The notes below the pieces were generated by a model. It searched no databases and had not been told where the DNA came from. It saw only the letters and a program-made list of their open reading frames with translations. DNA of 23,101 nucleotides, from positions 1 through 23,101 of the forward strand of contig JAKPTO010000032.1 of assembly GCA_029555085.1 (NCBI GenBank). The letters are read 5' to 3'. Positions 1-9,059 of the stretch are shown here, piece after piece. The translations under genes and the position numbers were made by a program. The DNA is from a bacterium (GTDB taxonomy: Bacteria; Patescibacteriota; Patescibacteriia; UBA1558; S5-K13). Position 1 is the first letter of the stretch, and each line of letters begins with the position of its first letter.

Positions 1-54
1 TCCTAAATACCATAATACTCGCTTTTCTTTTGGATAACTTGGTTTTAAAGGCAT
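1..54 (-). CDS. N-terminus of a putative IS481-like transposase (partial, MPLKPSYPKEKRVLWYLG...)
   Basis: Manual translation from the ATG at 54 is open to the window edge. It lies just inside the TGT end and resembles the HTH-proximal start of IS481-type transposases. Only 18 codons are visible. Confidence 0.6.
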   Translation of the reverse strand, partial: MPLKPSYPKEKRVLWYLG

Positions 55-141
55 ATATGTTTTTTTTATTTATATATTTTTCTTAGTTAACAGTGTTACC
101 CCTAAGTATACCAAGTGTTACCTATTAGTGTTAACTGTACA
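1..141 (-). mobile_element. Left end of an IS481-family-like insertion sequence, running off the window
   Basis: The minus strand begins TGTACAGTTAACACT at 141 (TGT terminus). The sub-terminal motif AGTGTTA(C/A)C recurs at 92-100, 114-122 and 127-135, as expected for transposase-binding sites. An ORF starts at 54. The element abuts a transposase catalytic-core fragment at 142. Confidence 0.75.
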
Positions 142-351
142 GCATATATTGAAAGATTTAATGGAATACTTAGAAAAGAATGTTTAGGATATGTTAAATA
201 CAAAAAAGAAGATTTAGATATGGTTCAAAACAAGGTTAATAAATATATTGAATATTATCATAAGGTTAGACCCCACTTATCATTAAATATGAAAACACCC
301 TATGAATTTGTTTCTATGTTGCATTTGACCTTAGAGAGGATGTATAATTGA
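142..351 (+). pseudogene. C-terminal fragment of a DDE integrase-core (IS481/IS3-type) transposase, interrupted at 141/142
   Basis: AYIERFNGILRKEC...YYHKVRPHLSLNMKTP matches the rve catalytic E helix and the R-P-H-x-S-L-x-x-x-T-P tail. The first 9 residues of the track ORF (115-141) are IS-end DNA, not real protein. Confidence 0.85.
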
Positions 352-377
352 CTTTTTTGTGCAGAAATGATTAAATT
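348..377 (+). promoter_or_regulatory. Putative sigma70 promoter of tRNA-Gly
   Basis: TTGACT (348-353) lies 17-18 bp upstream of TTAAAT/TAAATT (371-377), about 10 nt before the tRNA. Confidence 0.45.
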
Positions 378-387
378 ATTACTGTCT

Positions 388-462
388 GCGGGTGTCGTAT
401 AGTGGCTATTATGTCAGCCTTCCAAGCTGAAGAGGGCGGTTCAATTCCGCTCACCCGCTCCA
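388..462 (+). tRNA. tRNA-Gly (anticodon TCC)
   Basis: Acceptor stem GCGGGTG/CACCCGC, anticodon arm TCAGC-CT TCC AA-GCTGA, T-loop GGTTCAATTCC and encoded 3' TCCA; 75 nt. Confidence 0.97.
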
Positions 463-464
463 AT

Positions 465-502
465 AACGAAAAACTATCTCTAAAAGGATAGTTTTTCGTT
501 TT
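465..502 (+). terminator. Intrinsic terminator after tRNA-Gly
   Basis: Perfect 14-bp inverted repeat AACGAAAAACTATC (465-478) / GATAGTTTTTCGTT (487-500) with a T-rich 3' side. Confidence 0.8.
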
Positions 503-551
503 ATTAAATTACTGATATAATTAAATAATTAACTTAAAGATTTTTATTTCT

Positions 552-2117
552 ATGAAAACAGCGATTATTATTGGCGCTGGACCGGCGGGTCTGACAGCTG
601 CATATGAGCTTTTGAAAAGGACAGATATCAAACCAATTATATTTGAATCAAGTGACCGTATAGGAGGAATTTCAACAACGATTGAATATAAGGGTAATAG
701 AATTGATATTGGTGGGCATCGTTTTTTTTCAAAATCAGACAGGGTAATGGATTGGTGGTTTAATATTTTTGCATTACAAGGTTATCCCTCTAGAGACGAT
801 AAAATTTTGAATAGGCAAATTTCAACATCTAGTAAGTCAGATGCTCCCGATCCAGAAAAAATTGATTCCGTTATGCTTGTTAGAAATAGATTATCAAGAA
901 TATTTTTTTTAAAAAAGTTTTTTAATTATCCAATTTCGTTAAATTTCAATACTTTAAAAAATTTAGGTCTTATCAGAGTATTAAAGGTGGGCCTAAGTTA
1001 TATAAAAATTAAAATTTTTCCAATAAAAGAAGAGAGTTCATTGGAAGATTTTTATATAAATCGTTTTGGCAATGAATTATATAAAATTTTTTTCAAAGAT
1101 TATACTAAAAAATTATGGGGTGTGCCTTGTAATAAAATTAAGGCAGATTGGGGCGCGCAAAGAGTAAAGGGGCTTTCTATCTCGAAGGCTATTTTTCATT
1201 CAATAAAAAAAAGTTTTTTTGGCTCTAAAAATATTAGCAATAAAAAAGTAGAAACAAGCCTGATTGATAGTTTTTATTATCCAAAATTTGGACCAGGACA
1301 AATATGGTCAAGAGTTGCGGAAATTGTTAAGGAGAGGGGCGCTAAAATTTATTTAGAGCACGAAGTTGTGGGGTTTGAAAGTGAAGCAAATAATATAACA
1401 AAAATAAAAATTAAAAATTTAAAAAATAATGAATTAAAAATATTAACAGGAGATTATATTTTTTCTAGTATGCCAATCAAAGATTTATTTGCTGATTTTG
1501 CGCAGGCACCTCAAGAAATTAGAGAGATTGCATCACAGTTACAGTATAGGGATTTTATTACTGTTGGACTGTTATTGAATAAATTAAAAATTAAAAACGA
1601 AACTAAAATTAAAACAATTAATAACATAATTCCCGATACATGGATATATATCCAAGAACCAGAAGTAAAAATGTGTCGTATGCAAATATTTAATAATTGG
1701 AGTCCATATTTAGTGAAAGATATCAATAATGTTTGGATTGGTTTGGAATATGTTTGTAGTGAAAATGATGAATTATGGCAAAAACAGAAACAAGAGTTTA
1801 TTGATTTTGCAATTTGTGAATTAGAGAATATGGGTATTATAGATAAAAAAGATGTAATTGATTCAACTTTGATAAAAATGAAGAAAGTCTATCCATCTTA
1901 TATAGGTGCCTATGAGAAAATAGGTGAAATTAAAAAATATTTAAATAAATTTGATAATTTATTTTGTATAGGTCGCAATGGGATGCATAAATACAATAAT
2001 ATGGATCATTCTATGTTAACAGCAATGGTGTCGGTAGATAATATTATAAAAGGAATAAAAGATAAAGATAATATATGGAATATAAATTCAGAACAAGAAT
2101 ATCATGAATCCAGGTAA
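552..2117 (+). CDS. FAD-dependent oxidoreductase, UDP-galactopyranose-mutase/protoporphyrinogen-oxidase-like superfamily
   Basis: N-terminal GAGPAG dinucleotide fold, [10 protein letters not shown] loop and C-terminal [14 protein letters not shown]; adjacent to GtrA and a GT-C gene. Confidence 0.85.
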   Translation: MKTAIIIGAGPAGLTAAYELLKRTDIKPIIFESSDRIGGISTTIEYKGNRIDIGGHRFFSKSDRVMDWWFNIFALQGYPSRDDKILNRQISTSSKSDAPDPEKIDSVMLVRNRLSRIFFLKKFFNYPISLNFNTLKNLGLIRVLKVGLSYIKIKIFPIKEESSLEDFYINRFGNELYKIFFKDYTKKLWGVPCNKIKADWGAQRVKGLSISKAIFHSIKKSFFGSKNISNKKVETSLIDSFYYPKFGPGQIWSRVAEIVKERGAKIYLEHEVVGFESEANNITKIKIKNLKNNELKILTGDYIFSSMPIKDLFADFAQAPQEIREIASQLQYRDFITVGLLLNKLKIKNETKIKTINNIIPDTWIYIQEPEVKMCRMQIFNNWSPYLVKDINNVWIGLEYVCSENDELWQKQKQEFIDFAICELENMGIIDKKDVIDSTLIKMKKVYPSYIGAYEKIGEIKKYLNKFDNLFCIGRNGMHKYNNMDHSMLTAMVSVDNIIKGIKDKDNIWNINSEQEYHESR

Positions 2118-2141
2118 TTTTTATTTGTAATTTTTTATTTA

Positions 2142-2555
2142 ATGTTAAGTTCAATAATACAAAAAATAATAATTAAATTTAGATCTAAGGAATTTTTGAA
2201 GTATTTTATTGTCGGATCAAGCTCTGTTATTTTAGACCTCGGAACTCTTTATATTTTTAAACAAATATTTCATTTTTCTGCTGTTGTTTCAGTAATTTTT
2301 AACCAATTGATTATTTACAATTATGTATTTTTTTTAAATAAATTTTGGGTTTTTGGAAGTAGAAAACAAATTTTGAGACAAATTATAAGGTATTATATGC
2401 TGGCTATTGTTAATTATATTATAGCTATTTTTTGGATGTTGTTTTTTCACAATTTTTTAAATCAAAATTATATATTAGTTAGGTTGTCAAATATAGTTTT
2501 GGCAACTATTTGGAATTTTTTTATATATAAATTTTTTGTATATGTTGAAAAATAA
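2142..2555 (+). CDS. GtrA-family membrane protein (lipid-linked sugar flippase-like)
   Basis: 137 aa with four hydrophobic segments; FLKYFIVG...DL, FFLNKFWVF and WNFFIYKFFVY are typical GtrA patterns. Confidence 0.9.
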   Translation: MLSSIIQKIIIKFRSKEFLKYFIVGSSSVILDLGTLYIFKQIFHFSAVVSVIFNQLIIYNYVFFLNKFWVFGSRKQILRQIIRYYMLAIVNYIIAIFWMLFFHNFLNQNYILVRLSNIVLATIWNFFIYKFFVYVEK

Positions 2556-2556
2556 A

Positions 2557-4101
2557 ATGTTTAATTTTTTTAAAAAAAATAGTCTAGTAATAATGTTGTT
2601 TATTTTTATAATTAGCGTGATTATTAGGATACCAAATTTAAATCGACCGCTTAGTTATCATCATGAGTGGCTTACAGCTTTTTCATTGAGGGTAGTGTCT
2701 ATTTTTTATGATAATGGAGCCATTAAATATAATTTTAATCCCATTGCGACATATGAGGGATCAGCAAATAAAAATATAGATAATACATCGGTTTTGTTTC
2801 AGTTAAAAGATAAATTTGGTAACTATTATTATAATTCATATCCCCCATTCAGCTTTATTCTGCCATATTTTTTATTTAAGATTTTCCATATTTACCCGTC
2901 TATTTTATCTATTCAGATTTTTAATATAATACTCCATTTTATTAGTGCGTATTTTATTTTTTTGATTATTTCTTTATTTACTAAAAATTCTACAATAAAA
3001 ACAAAAATTTCTGCAATTTTGGGATTTATTATTTATACATTTTTGCCATTAAATTTGTGGTTTCATTCCAACATATATTCAGCAGAAATTTTAATTCAAG
3101 CTTTATATATTATAGAAATTTATCTTTTTTTTAAAATAATATTATCGGAATCAGTAAATAAATATTACTATTTTTTATTGGGAATTATTAATTTTTTTGC
3201 TATTTATACTGAGTGGTTGGGATTATTTTTAGCGGCAACTATTTGTCTTTATCTATTGTTGAATATAAAAAAGAAAAAACACAGCATTGTATTTTTTATT
3301 ATAATTATTACTACCGTTATTCCAATTATTTTAACCATTTATCAATATTCAAAAATTTCCGGATTAATTTTGCTATTTACTTCATATAAATATAAATTTT
3401 TATTAAGAAGCGGATTTTCAGATTTATCTACTGTAGGTACAAAAATGTCAGAAATAAGCGCTTGGATAAAATTAATTTTTGTATATATTTTTAACTTTAT
3501 TCCCATTCTATTGTTTATGTTACCATTTTCTTATGTATTGTTAAAAATTTATAAAAATAAACTGTGGAAAAAGCGTTTTTTATTTCCAATTTTTATAATA
3601 ATTACTCCTATTATTTTACATCACATAGTTTTTTTTAATGGTACGGTCGCTCATGATTTTTTCTTACTCAAAGACAGTATTTATTTATCTATTTTTGGAG
3701 GATTAATCGTAGGTTATTTTTTAAATAATATAAAAAGGGGACAGCAATTGTTTTTAATAACAGGGATAATATTTTTCATCATCCTTTCAATTACCATATA
3801 CTATAAGTTCAATAACCCATATTCAAGCCAATATAAAAATATAGGCGAGGATATTAATAGGTTATCAAAAAATGATGAAGTTTTATTTATTAAGAGGAAT
3901 GATTTTAATTTTGATAGCGTTGCGAAAGTTGTCCCACAAATCATATTTTATGCAAAAAGAAATATAGCCGCATGGGAAAGCAATGAAGCGTCGATTGAGT
4001 TAATAAAATTAAATAAAGCAAGTGGCGGAAAAATATTTTTTATCAATTGTTCTGATGTAAATAATGGTTGTTATGTTTCTGATATTGGCATTATTAATTA
4101 A
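2557..4101 (+). CDS. GT-C fold membrane glycosyltransferase (ArnT/PMT-like), putative
   Basis: Polytopic membrane protein with an acidic first external loop (HHEW), a YxSYPP motif and a soluble C-terminal tail. Start placed at the ATG just after the GtrA stop (the track starts at 2536). Confidence 0.65.
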   Translation: MFNFFKKNSLVIMLFIFIISVIIRIPNLNRPLSYHHEWLTAFSLRVVSIFYDNGAIKYNFNPIATYEGSANKNIDNTSVLFQLKDKFGNYYYNSYPPFSFILPYFLFKIFHIYPSILSIQIFNIILHFISAYFIFLIISLFTKNSTIKTKISAILGFIIYTFLPLNLWFHSNIYSAEILIQALYIIEIYLFFKIILSESVNKYYYFLLGIINFFAIYTEWLGLFLAATICLYLLLNIKKKKHSIVFFIIIITTVIPIILTIYQYSKISGLILLFTSYKYKFLLRSGFSDLSTVGTKMSEISAWIKLIFVYIFNFIPILLFMLPFSYVLLKIYKNKLWKKRFLFPIFIIITPIILHHIVFFNGTVAHDFFLLKDSIYLSIFGGLIVGYFLNNIKRGQQLFLITGIIFFIILSITIYYKFNNPYSSQYKNIGEDINRLSKNDEVLFIKRNDFNFDSVAKVVPQIIFYAKRNIAAWESNEASIELIKLNKASGGKIFFINCSDVNNGCYVSDIGIIN

Positions 4102-4154
4102 TAACATATCTTTTATTTTCCACCTTTTGCGAATCATTAAGGCGATCCATAGAT

Positions 4155-4646
4155 TTAGATATGATTCATGTTATACATACAAGTTAAAGCTGCGGAAATT
4201 GCATCTGCTGTGTCGTCTTTTTTTGGAACTTGTTTTAATTTAAGAATAATTTTTACCATTTCCTTCATTTGATTCTTATCCGCTTTTCCATATGAAGTAA
4301 TAGCGCGTTTTATTTGAAGCGGAGTAAATTCATAAATTGGAATTTTATTTTGCGATAGCGCAAGAATTATTACGCCTCGAGCATGCCCAACATCCATTGC
4401 AGTTTTTATATTTTTACAAAAATATAATTTTTCCACACCAACAAAATCGGGTTTATATTTTTTTATAATTTGGTTTAATTCATGATATATTATATTTAAT
4501 CTTTCCTTGAATTCTGTCTTTGCTGGAGTTTCAATACAACCACAGGAAATTAATTTTGGTTGTTTTTCGTAGGTTATAAATCCATAACCAATTGTTGCAA
4601 GTCCAGGGTCTATACCCATTATTATTTTTTGTTTTTTATTCTGCAT
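4155..4646 (-). CDS. ruvC: Holliday junction resolvase RuvC
   Basis: MGIDPG, VEKLYF, GHARGV, YGKADK and DDTADA catalytic motifs; follows yebC as is usual. Confidence 0.97.
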   Translation of the reverse strand: MQNKKQKIIMGIDPGLATIGYGFITYEKQPKLISCGCIETPAKTEFKERLNIIYHELNQIIKKYKPDFVGVEKLYFCKNIKTAMDVGHARGVIILALSQNKIPIYEFTPLQIKRAITSYGKADKNQMKEMVKIILKLKQVPKKDDTADAISAALTCMYNMNHI

Positions 4647-5337
4647 TTGAATAATAATTATCTACATCATCATTTTCCTCAAGCGCTTCAAAAAGTTTTT
4701 CTAGCGTTTCGTCATTTTCAACATTGATTTTTGTTTTTGGAATATACTCGAGTTCCGCGGTATCAATATCTATGGTGTTTTTTATTTTTTCTTGAACTTT
4801 TTGTAGATCCTCCATTTGGGTGATGATTCTTATCCCATCTTCGGATTTTTCTATATCAAGCGCACCCGCATCTATAATTAATAATTCTTCTTCCTCGCTT
4901 AAAGAAGCGTTTTTTGTATAAATAACTCCGCGCCTATCGAATTGCCACAAAACAGAATTACTTTCACCAAGCGATCCCCCATGTTTTGATAATAAATGTT
5001 TTAAATCCGAAGAACTTCTGTTTTTATTGTCAGTAACAACTTCTATAATAAGCGCAACTCCATTTGGTCCATAGGCCTCGTAGGTGATTTCTTCAAGCGC
5101 GTTTCCATCTTCCGTGCCAGATCCGCGAGCAATGGCCCTTTCTATGTTATCTTTTGGAACTGAAAAACTTCTAGCTTTATCAATCGCCATACGAAGTTTA
5201 AAATTCGTGTCAGGGTCAGCTCCACCACGAGCTGCTATTTGAATTATTTTTGTAAGCTTTGTGAACATTGATGACCTTTTTGAGTCAACAAGTGCTTTTT
5301 TGCGTTTTGTTGTTGCCCATTTTGAGTGTCCAGACAT
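4636..5337 (-). CDS. yebC: YebC/PmpR family protein
   Basis: MSGHSKW start, YEAYGPNG, TDNKNRS and LEENDDVDNYYSN motifs. Confidence 0.97.
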   Translation of the reverse strand: MSGHSKWATTKRKKALVDSKRSSMFTKLTKIIQIAARGGADPDTNFKLRMAIDKARSFSVPKDNIERAIARGSGTEDGNALEEITYEAYGPNGVALIIEVVTDNKNRSSSDLKHLLSKHGGSLGESNSVLWQFDRRGVIYTKNASLSEEEELLIIDAGALDIEKSEDGIRIITQMEDLQKVQEKIKNTIDIDTAELEYIPKTKINVENDETLEKLFEALEENDDVDNYYSNAE

Positions 5338-5408
5338 AGTATTTTAATTTTAAGCATTTAATAATGATTAGATTGAATGAATTTTTGAAATATAGATTTA
5401 TATTATCA

Positions 5409-5456
5409 ATACTATCAATTCTTTTTGCTTGTGTAAAGTAATTGTTTTGATATAAT
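5409..5456. promoter_or_regulatory. Overlapping divergent promoters for yebC (-) and the GT87-like gene (+)
   Basis: Minus strand: TTTACA (5437-5432), 17 bp, TGn-TAGTAT (5414-5409). Plus strand: TGn-TATAAT (5448-5456), ending 6 nt before the ATG at 5463. Confidence 0.55.
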
Positions 5457-5462
5457 AATTTT

Positions 5463-6752
5463 ATGAACATTTATAGTAAAAATAAACATTTTATTTTTTT
5501 AAGTAGCTATTTATTTATATTAATTGTTTTATTATTTATTAGCTATTTAATATTTGGAGGGAATGTGAATACTTTTAGCCCCCTTGCTATATCAGATGTT
5601 GTTTTATACAAAAACATATCAGATAAAATAATCTTGGGATGGATACCATATACTAATTTTCATTTTGAATACCCACCATTGTCAGCATTGTTTTTTGTAT
5701 TGCCAAGAATTTTTACTAGCAACTTTATTGTTTATATGTATATATTTAGCATTATTTCTTTATTAACAGCATATTTTTGTATTTTTATTTCATATAAAAT
5801 TTTAAAACTATATTATCAAAAATTTGATTTTAAAAGAATTTTTCTTTATTGTTTGATTTTTATATTGTTATATTTGATATTAATAATATTTAGATATGAC
5901 ATTTATTCAGCGTTTTTTACTGCCCTGGGAATATTTTTATACTTACTTTCATACAAGATTAAAAACAAAACTTATCACTTATTGTCTTACATTGTTATTG
6001 TATTGGGCGGATTATTAAAACTTTATCCATTTTTAATTCTACCAATATTTTTTATTTCTGATTTAAAACAAAATAATCTAAAAGCATTTTTTAAAACAGT
6101 TATTTATGGCTGTGTATTAATTATTTTAAATTTTTATTTTATTATTTGTGCCATACCTGGAATTTTATTTTTTCTTAAATTTCATTCAGGAAGAGGAATA
6201 CATATTGAAAGTTTTTACAGTTCCATAATATTATTTTTATATAACAACGGCATTATATCCGATGTAAGCGTTGTACATAATTTTTGCTCACTGAATCTCT
6301 CTGGACACATTCCTATTTTATTATCTAGATTATACCCCTATATATTTTTTATTATTTATTGTAGTTTTATTTTTTTTGTATTTAAAAGAATTAATTGGAG
6401 TAAAAATTTGCCAAAAAATATCATTTTTTCCTCAACTATTGTTATTTTAATCTTCGTTTTATTTAATAAGGTTTTTTCACCACAATACTTATTGTGGTTA
6501 TTTCCGATGATTTTTATGTTAGATGTATTTAATAATAAAAAATATACTATCAGTTTTATATTTTTAATAGCAACATTTTTATCAGTTTTGATTTTTCCAA
6601 TTTATTACGAGGCTCTCGTATCTCTTAATTATTTAATTGTTCTAGTTTTATTAATCAGAAATGTATTATTATTAGTTATTCTAATTATGATGATAAAAAG
6701 TTTATTTATTAATCAAGAAAAGATTGATAAATTGGATGAAGTAAATATTTAA
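5463..6752 (+). CDS. GT87/DUF2029-like GT-C glycosyltransferase (polyprenol-phosphate-sugar dependent)
   Basis: SD..LY, PY..F.FEYPP, RYD, KLYP and NKVFSPQYLLW motifs in a polytopic membrane protein. Confidence 0.85.
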   Translation: MNIYSKNKHFIFLSSYLFILIVLLFISYLIFGGNVNTFSPLAISDVVLYKNISDKIILGWIPYTNFHFEYPPLSALFFVLPRIFTSNFIVYMYIFSIISLLTAYFCIFISYKILKLYYQKFDFKRIFLYCLIFILLYLILIIFRYDIYSAFFTALGIFLYLLSYKIKNKTYHLLSYIVIVLGGLLKLYPFLILPIFFISDLKQNNLKAFFKTVIYGCVLIILNFYFIICAIPGILFFLKFHSGRGIHIESFYSSIILFLYNNGIISDVSVVHNFCSLNLSGHIPILLSRLYPYIFFIIYCSFIFFVFKRINWSKNLPKNIIFSSTIVILIFVLFNKVFSPQYLLWLFPMIFMLDVFNNKKYTISFIFLIATFLSVLIFPIYYEALVSLNYLIVLVLLIRNVLLLVILIMMIKSLFINQEKIDKLDEVNI

Positions 6753-8146
6753 TTATTTTTTTTATAAAACATAAATCCACTTTCTTCAAAAATTAATTTG
6801 TAATTTTTAAAAATATAATCATCAACAGGATTATTTTTTTCATAATTAAATTTCTTCACTATAGCATAATATAAAACAGCGCATTTTGGTTGTTTTTTTT
6901 CAAGAATTTGTCTTGCTTCTTTGAATTGCGCTTCCGTGTGGTGATTTGTTATTAGCCAATCATATGGAGTTGGATTTATTTTTCTATTGTCAAAATATAA
7001 TTGTGGTAAAAATGGTCCAAAATAAACATCTTCTGAGTCGGAGCAATTTTCTTCCACAAATTTATGGATTATATTTTGAGTAGGTTTTATTTTGGGAATT
7101 ATTTTTTTATGAGTTAATGTGACAAAAATAGAAACAGTATATATTATATATACAAGAAATAAGGTAATAAATGAATAAATTATAAATTTTAAAAATTTTG
7201 TACAATTTATTTTTTTAAGTAATAATGGAGTTAAGCAATATAATGGAAATATTACGATAAGTATGTGTTGATCGTCTGCCCTTGCAAATGTCGTTATAAG
7301 CAAACAAAATTGTATAAATATTAAAAACCAAATATCTATTCTTTTTTCTCTGATAAAAACTTTTATGTATAATAAGAGAATAAACAATATAACATACAAG
7401 CGCCATGGAAAAATATAATTGATTTCTAAGCAATGGAATAATATAAAATAAACTAAATTATTGTAAATTAATTTAATTGGCCACAAAAAAAGTATAAATA
7501 GCGGTAGTACGGAAAATATTATATAAGATAGGCACCATTTTAAATAAATTTTATTTTTTTCTTTTAGAGAATAAAATATAAGAAAAGATACTATAGAAAT
7601 AATTAAAATTGCTCCCTTTTGTTGCAGAAATAATGTGGATATTCCAGATAGCAAACCAGCTATTATAAAATTTTTTTCTTTGCAATCATTAAGCCCTCTA
7701 ATTATAAAATAACAAGCCCAAATCATAAAAAACGCATTAAACGCATTGTGATTTATTATTGGCCAAAAACCAGAAGAAATAATAAATATGATTGGTAATA
7801 AGTAATTTAGTTTATTTTTATATATTAGTTCTGATATTCTAAAAATTCCGTAAGAAGCAAAAAAAAGCATTATTATAGAAAATAAATTGGCAACAAAATA
7901 ACTCACGCCAAATATTTTCCAAAGCCAAAAAATTAAATAAAAACTAGCCGGAGGAATAAATTCAAAAAAATCTATGTATAGTATTTTATTATTTATTAGA
8001 TTCCATGCGCCATTTATAATAACACCATTGTCCTGATTGTACCCATAGCCTATGTGTATATATAGAGTAAAAGCAAAAAGAAATATCCAAAAAAAATAAT
8101 ATCTATATTTAAAAATTTCCTTAAACGAACCTTTAATATCAAGCAT
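6749..8146 (-). CDS. GT-C fold membrane glycosyltransferase, putative
   Basis: First loop YNQDNG...YIDFFEFIPP resembles the D-E-G...Y-x-D-F-F...PP pattern of PMT/ArnT-like enzymes. Many TM segments plus a soluble C-terminal domain. Confidence 0.7.
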   Translation of the reverse strand: MLDIKGSFKEIFKYRYYFFWIFLFAFTLYIHIGYGYNQDNGVIINGAWNLINNKILYIDFFEFIPPASFYLIFWLWKIFGVSYFVANLFSIIMLFFASYGIFRISELIYKNKLNYLLPIIFIISSGFWPIINHNAFNAFFMIWACYFIIRGLNDCKEKNFIIAGLLSGISTLFLQQKGAILIISIVSFLIFYSLKEKNKIYLKWCLSYIIFSVLPLFILFLWPIKLIYNNLVYFILFHCLEINYIFPWRLYVILFILLLYIKVFIREKRIDIWFLIFIQFCLLITTFARADDQHILIVIFPLYCLTPLLLKKINCTKFLKFIIYSFITLFLVYIIYTVSIFVTLTHKKIIPKIKPTQNIIHKFVEENCSDSEDVYFGPFLPQLYFDNRKINPTPYDWLITNHHTEAQFKEARQILEKKQPKCAVLYYAIVKKFNYEKNNPVDDYIFKNYKLIFEESGFMFYKKNN

Positions 8147-8168
8147 AAAATAAGCGTTATTTATATAA

Positions 8169-8197
8169 ATATTAACAATTATACATATTTGTGTAAA
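8169..8197 (-). promoter_or_regulatory. Putative sigma70 promoter of the 6749-8146 gene
   Basis: TTTACA (8197-8192), 17 bp, TGn-TAATAT (8174-8169). Confidence 0.5.
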
Positions 8198-8357
8198 GCG
8201 TAAAAACTGTTTTTTTATTCGTTGTTAAAGTCGGGAAATGCGAAAATTATTTATCATGATTTTTGATTGATAAATATAAACATGTTTTTTTAGTATAAAT
8301 TTGAAGTATGCGGTTATAAGTTATATAATATATATAATTATCAATAAAAAAGTGTTT

Positions 8358-9059
8358 ATGGTGAATGAATTTGATGACTTTGCTGAAAATTATAGATCAA
8401 TACATGATGGAAATCTTAAAATTTCTGGTGGTGATAGTAATTATTTTAGTGAATATAAAATTTTAGAAATAAAAAGGAGAGATGGTGATAAAAAAATAGA
8501 ATCGATTTTTGATTTTGGTTGTGGCGATGGAATTCCACTAAGCTATTTTAGGAAATATTTTCCAAAAGCAGATTTATATGGAACAGACATATCTGAAAAA
8601 AGCATTGAAAAGGCGAAGAATAAAAATATACCAAATAGTACAATTTTTTTAATAAACGACGAAAGAGATTTACAAAATATAGAAAATAAAAAATTTGATA
8701 TGATATTTATATCATGTGTTTTCCACCATATTGATGATGAAAAAAAATTGAACAATATTTTAAATGAGTGTTATAGAATACTTAAAGATAGTGGGGTTTT
8801 GTATATTTTTGAACACAACCCTAAAAATCCATTTACAAGAAAAATTGTTAAAGACTGTATTTTTGATAAGGGAGTTAGGTTGATAAAACATAAAAGATTA
8901 AAAAAATTGGTTTCAAATAATAATTTTAAAAAAATATCTGTTAATTTTACATTGTTTTTTCCAAGATTTTTTTTATTCAACCCCCTTTTTATTTTTGAAA
9001 AAATTTTAATTAAATTACCAATTGGGGGACAATATTATATAAGAGCAAAAAAAATATGA
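8358..9059 (+). CDS. Class I SAM-dependent methyltransferase
   Basis: FDFGCGDG motif I, GTDIS, FDMIF..CVFHH and IFEHNP.NP motifs. Start moved to the ATG at 8358; overlaps the GT2 start (ATGA). Confidence 0.9.
   Translation: MVNEFDDFAENYRSIHDGNLKISGGDSNYFSEYKILEIKRRDGDKKIESIFDFGCGDGIPLSYFRKYFPKADLYGTDISEKSIEKAKNKNIPNSTIFLINDERDLQNIENKKFDMIFISCVFHHIDDEKKLNNILNECYRILKDSGVLYIFEHNPKNPFTRKIVKDCIFDKGVRLIKHKRLKKLVSNNNFKKISVNFTLFFPRFFLFNPLFIFEKILIKLPIGGQYYIRAKKI

Noticed and set aside
4155-5337. ruvC as a dedicated pilin-recombination factor
   Set aside because: yebC-ruvC is a widespread housekeeping pair about 10 kb from the array, with no evidence of a specific link.
5429-8198. 10-bp direct repeat TTGTGTAAAG (5429-5438, 8189-8198) flanking the convergent GT-C pair as a possible target duplication
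   Set aside because: Both copies coincide with TTTACA -35 boxes of well-spaced minus-strand promoters, which explains them without an insertion event.
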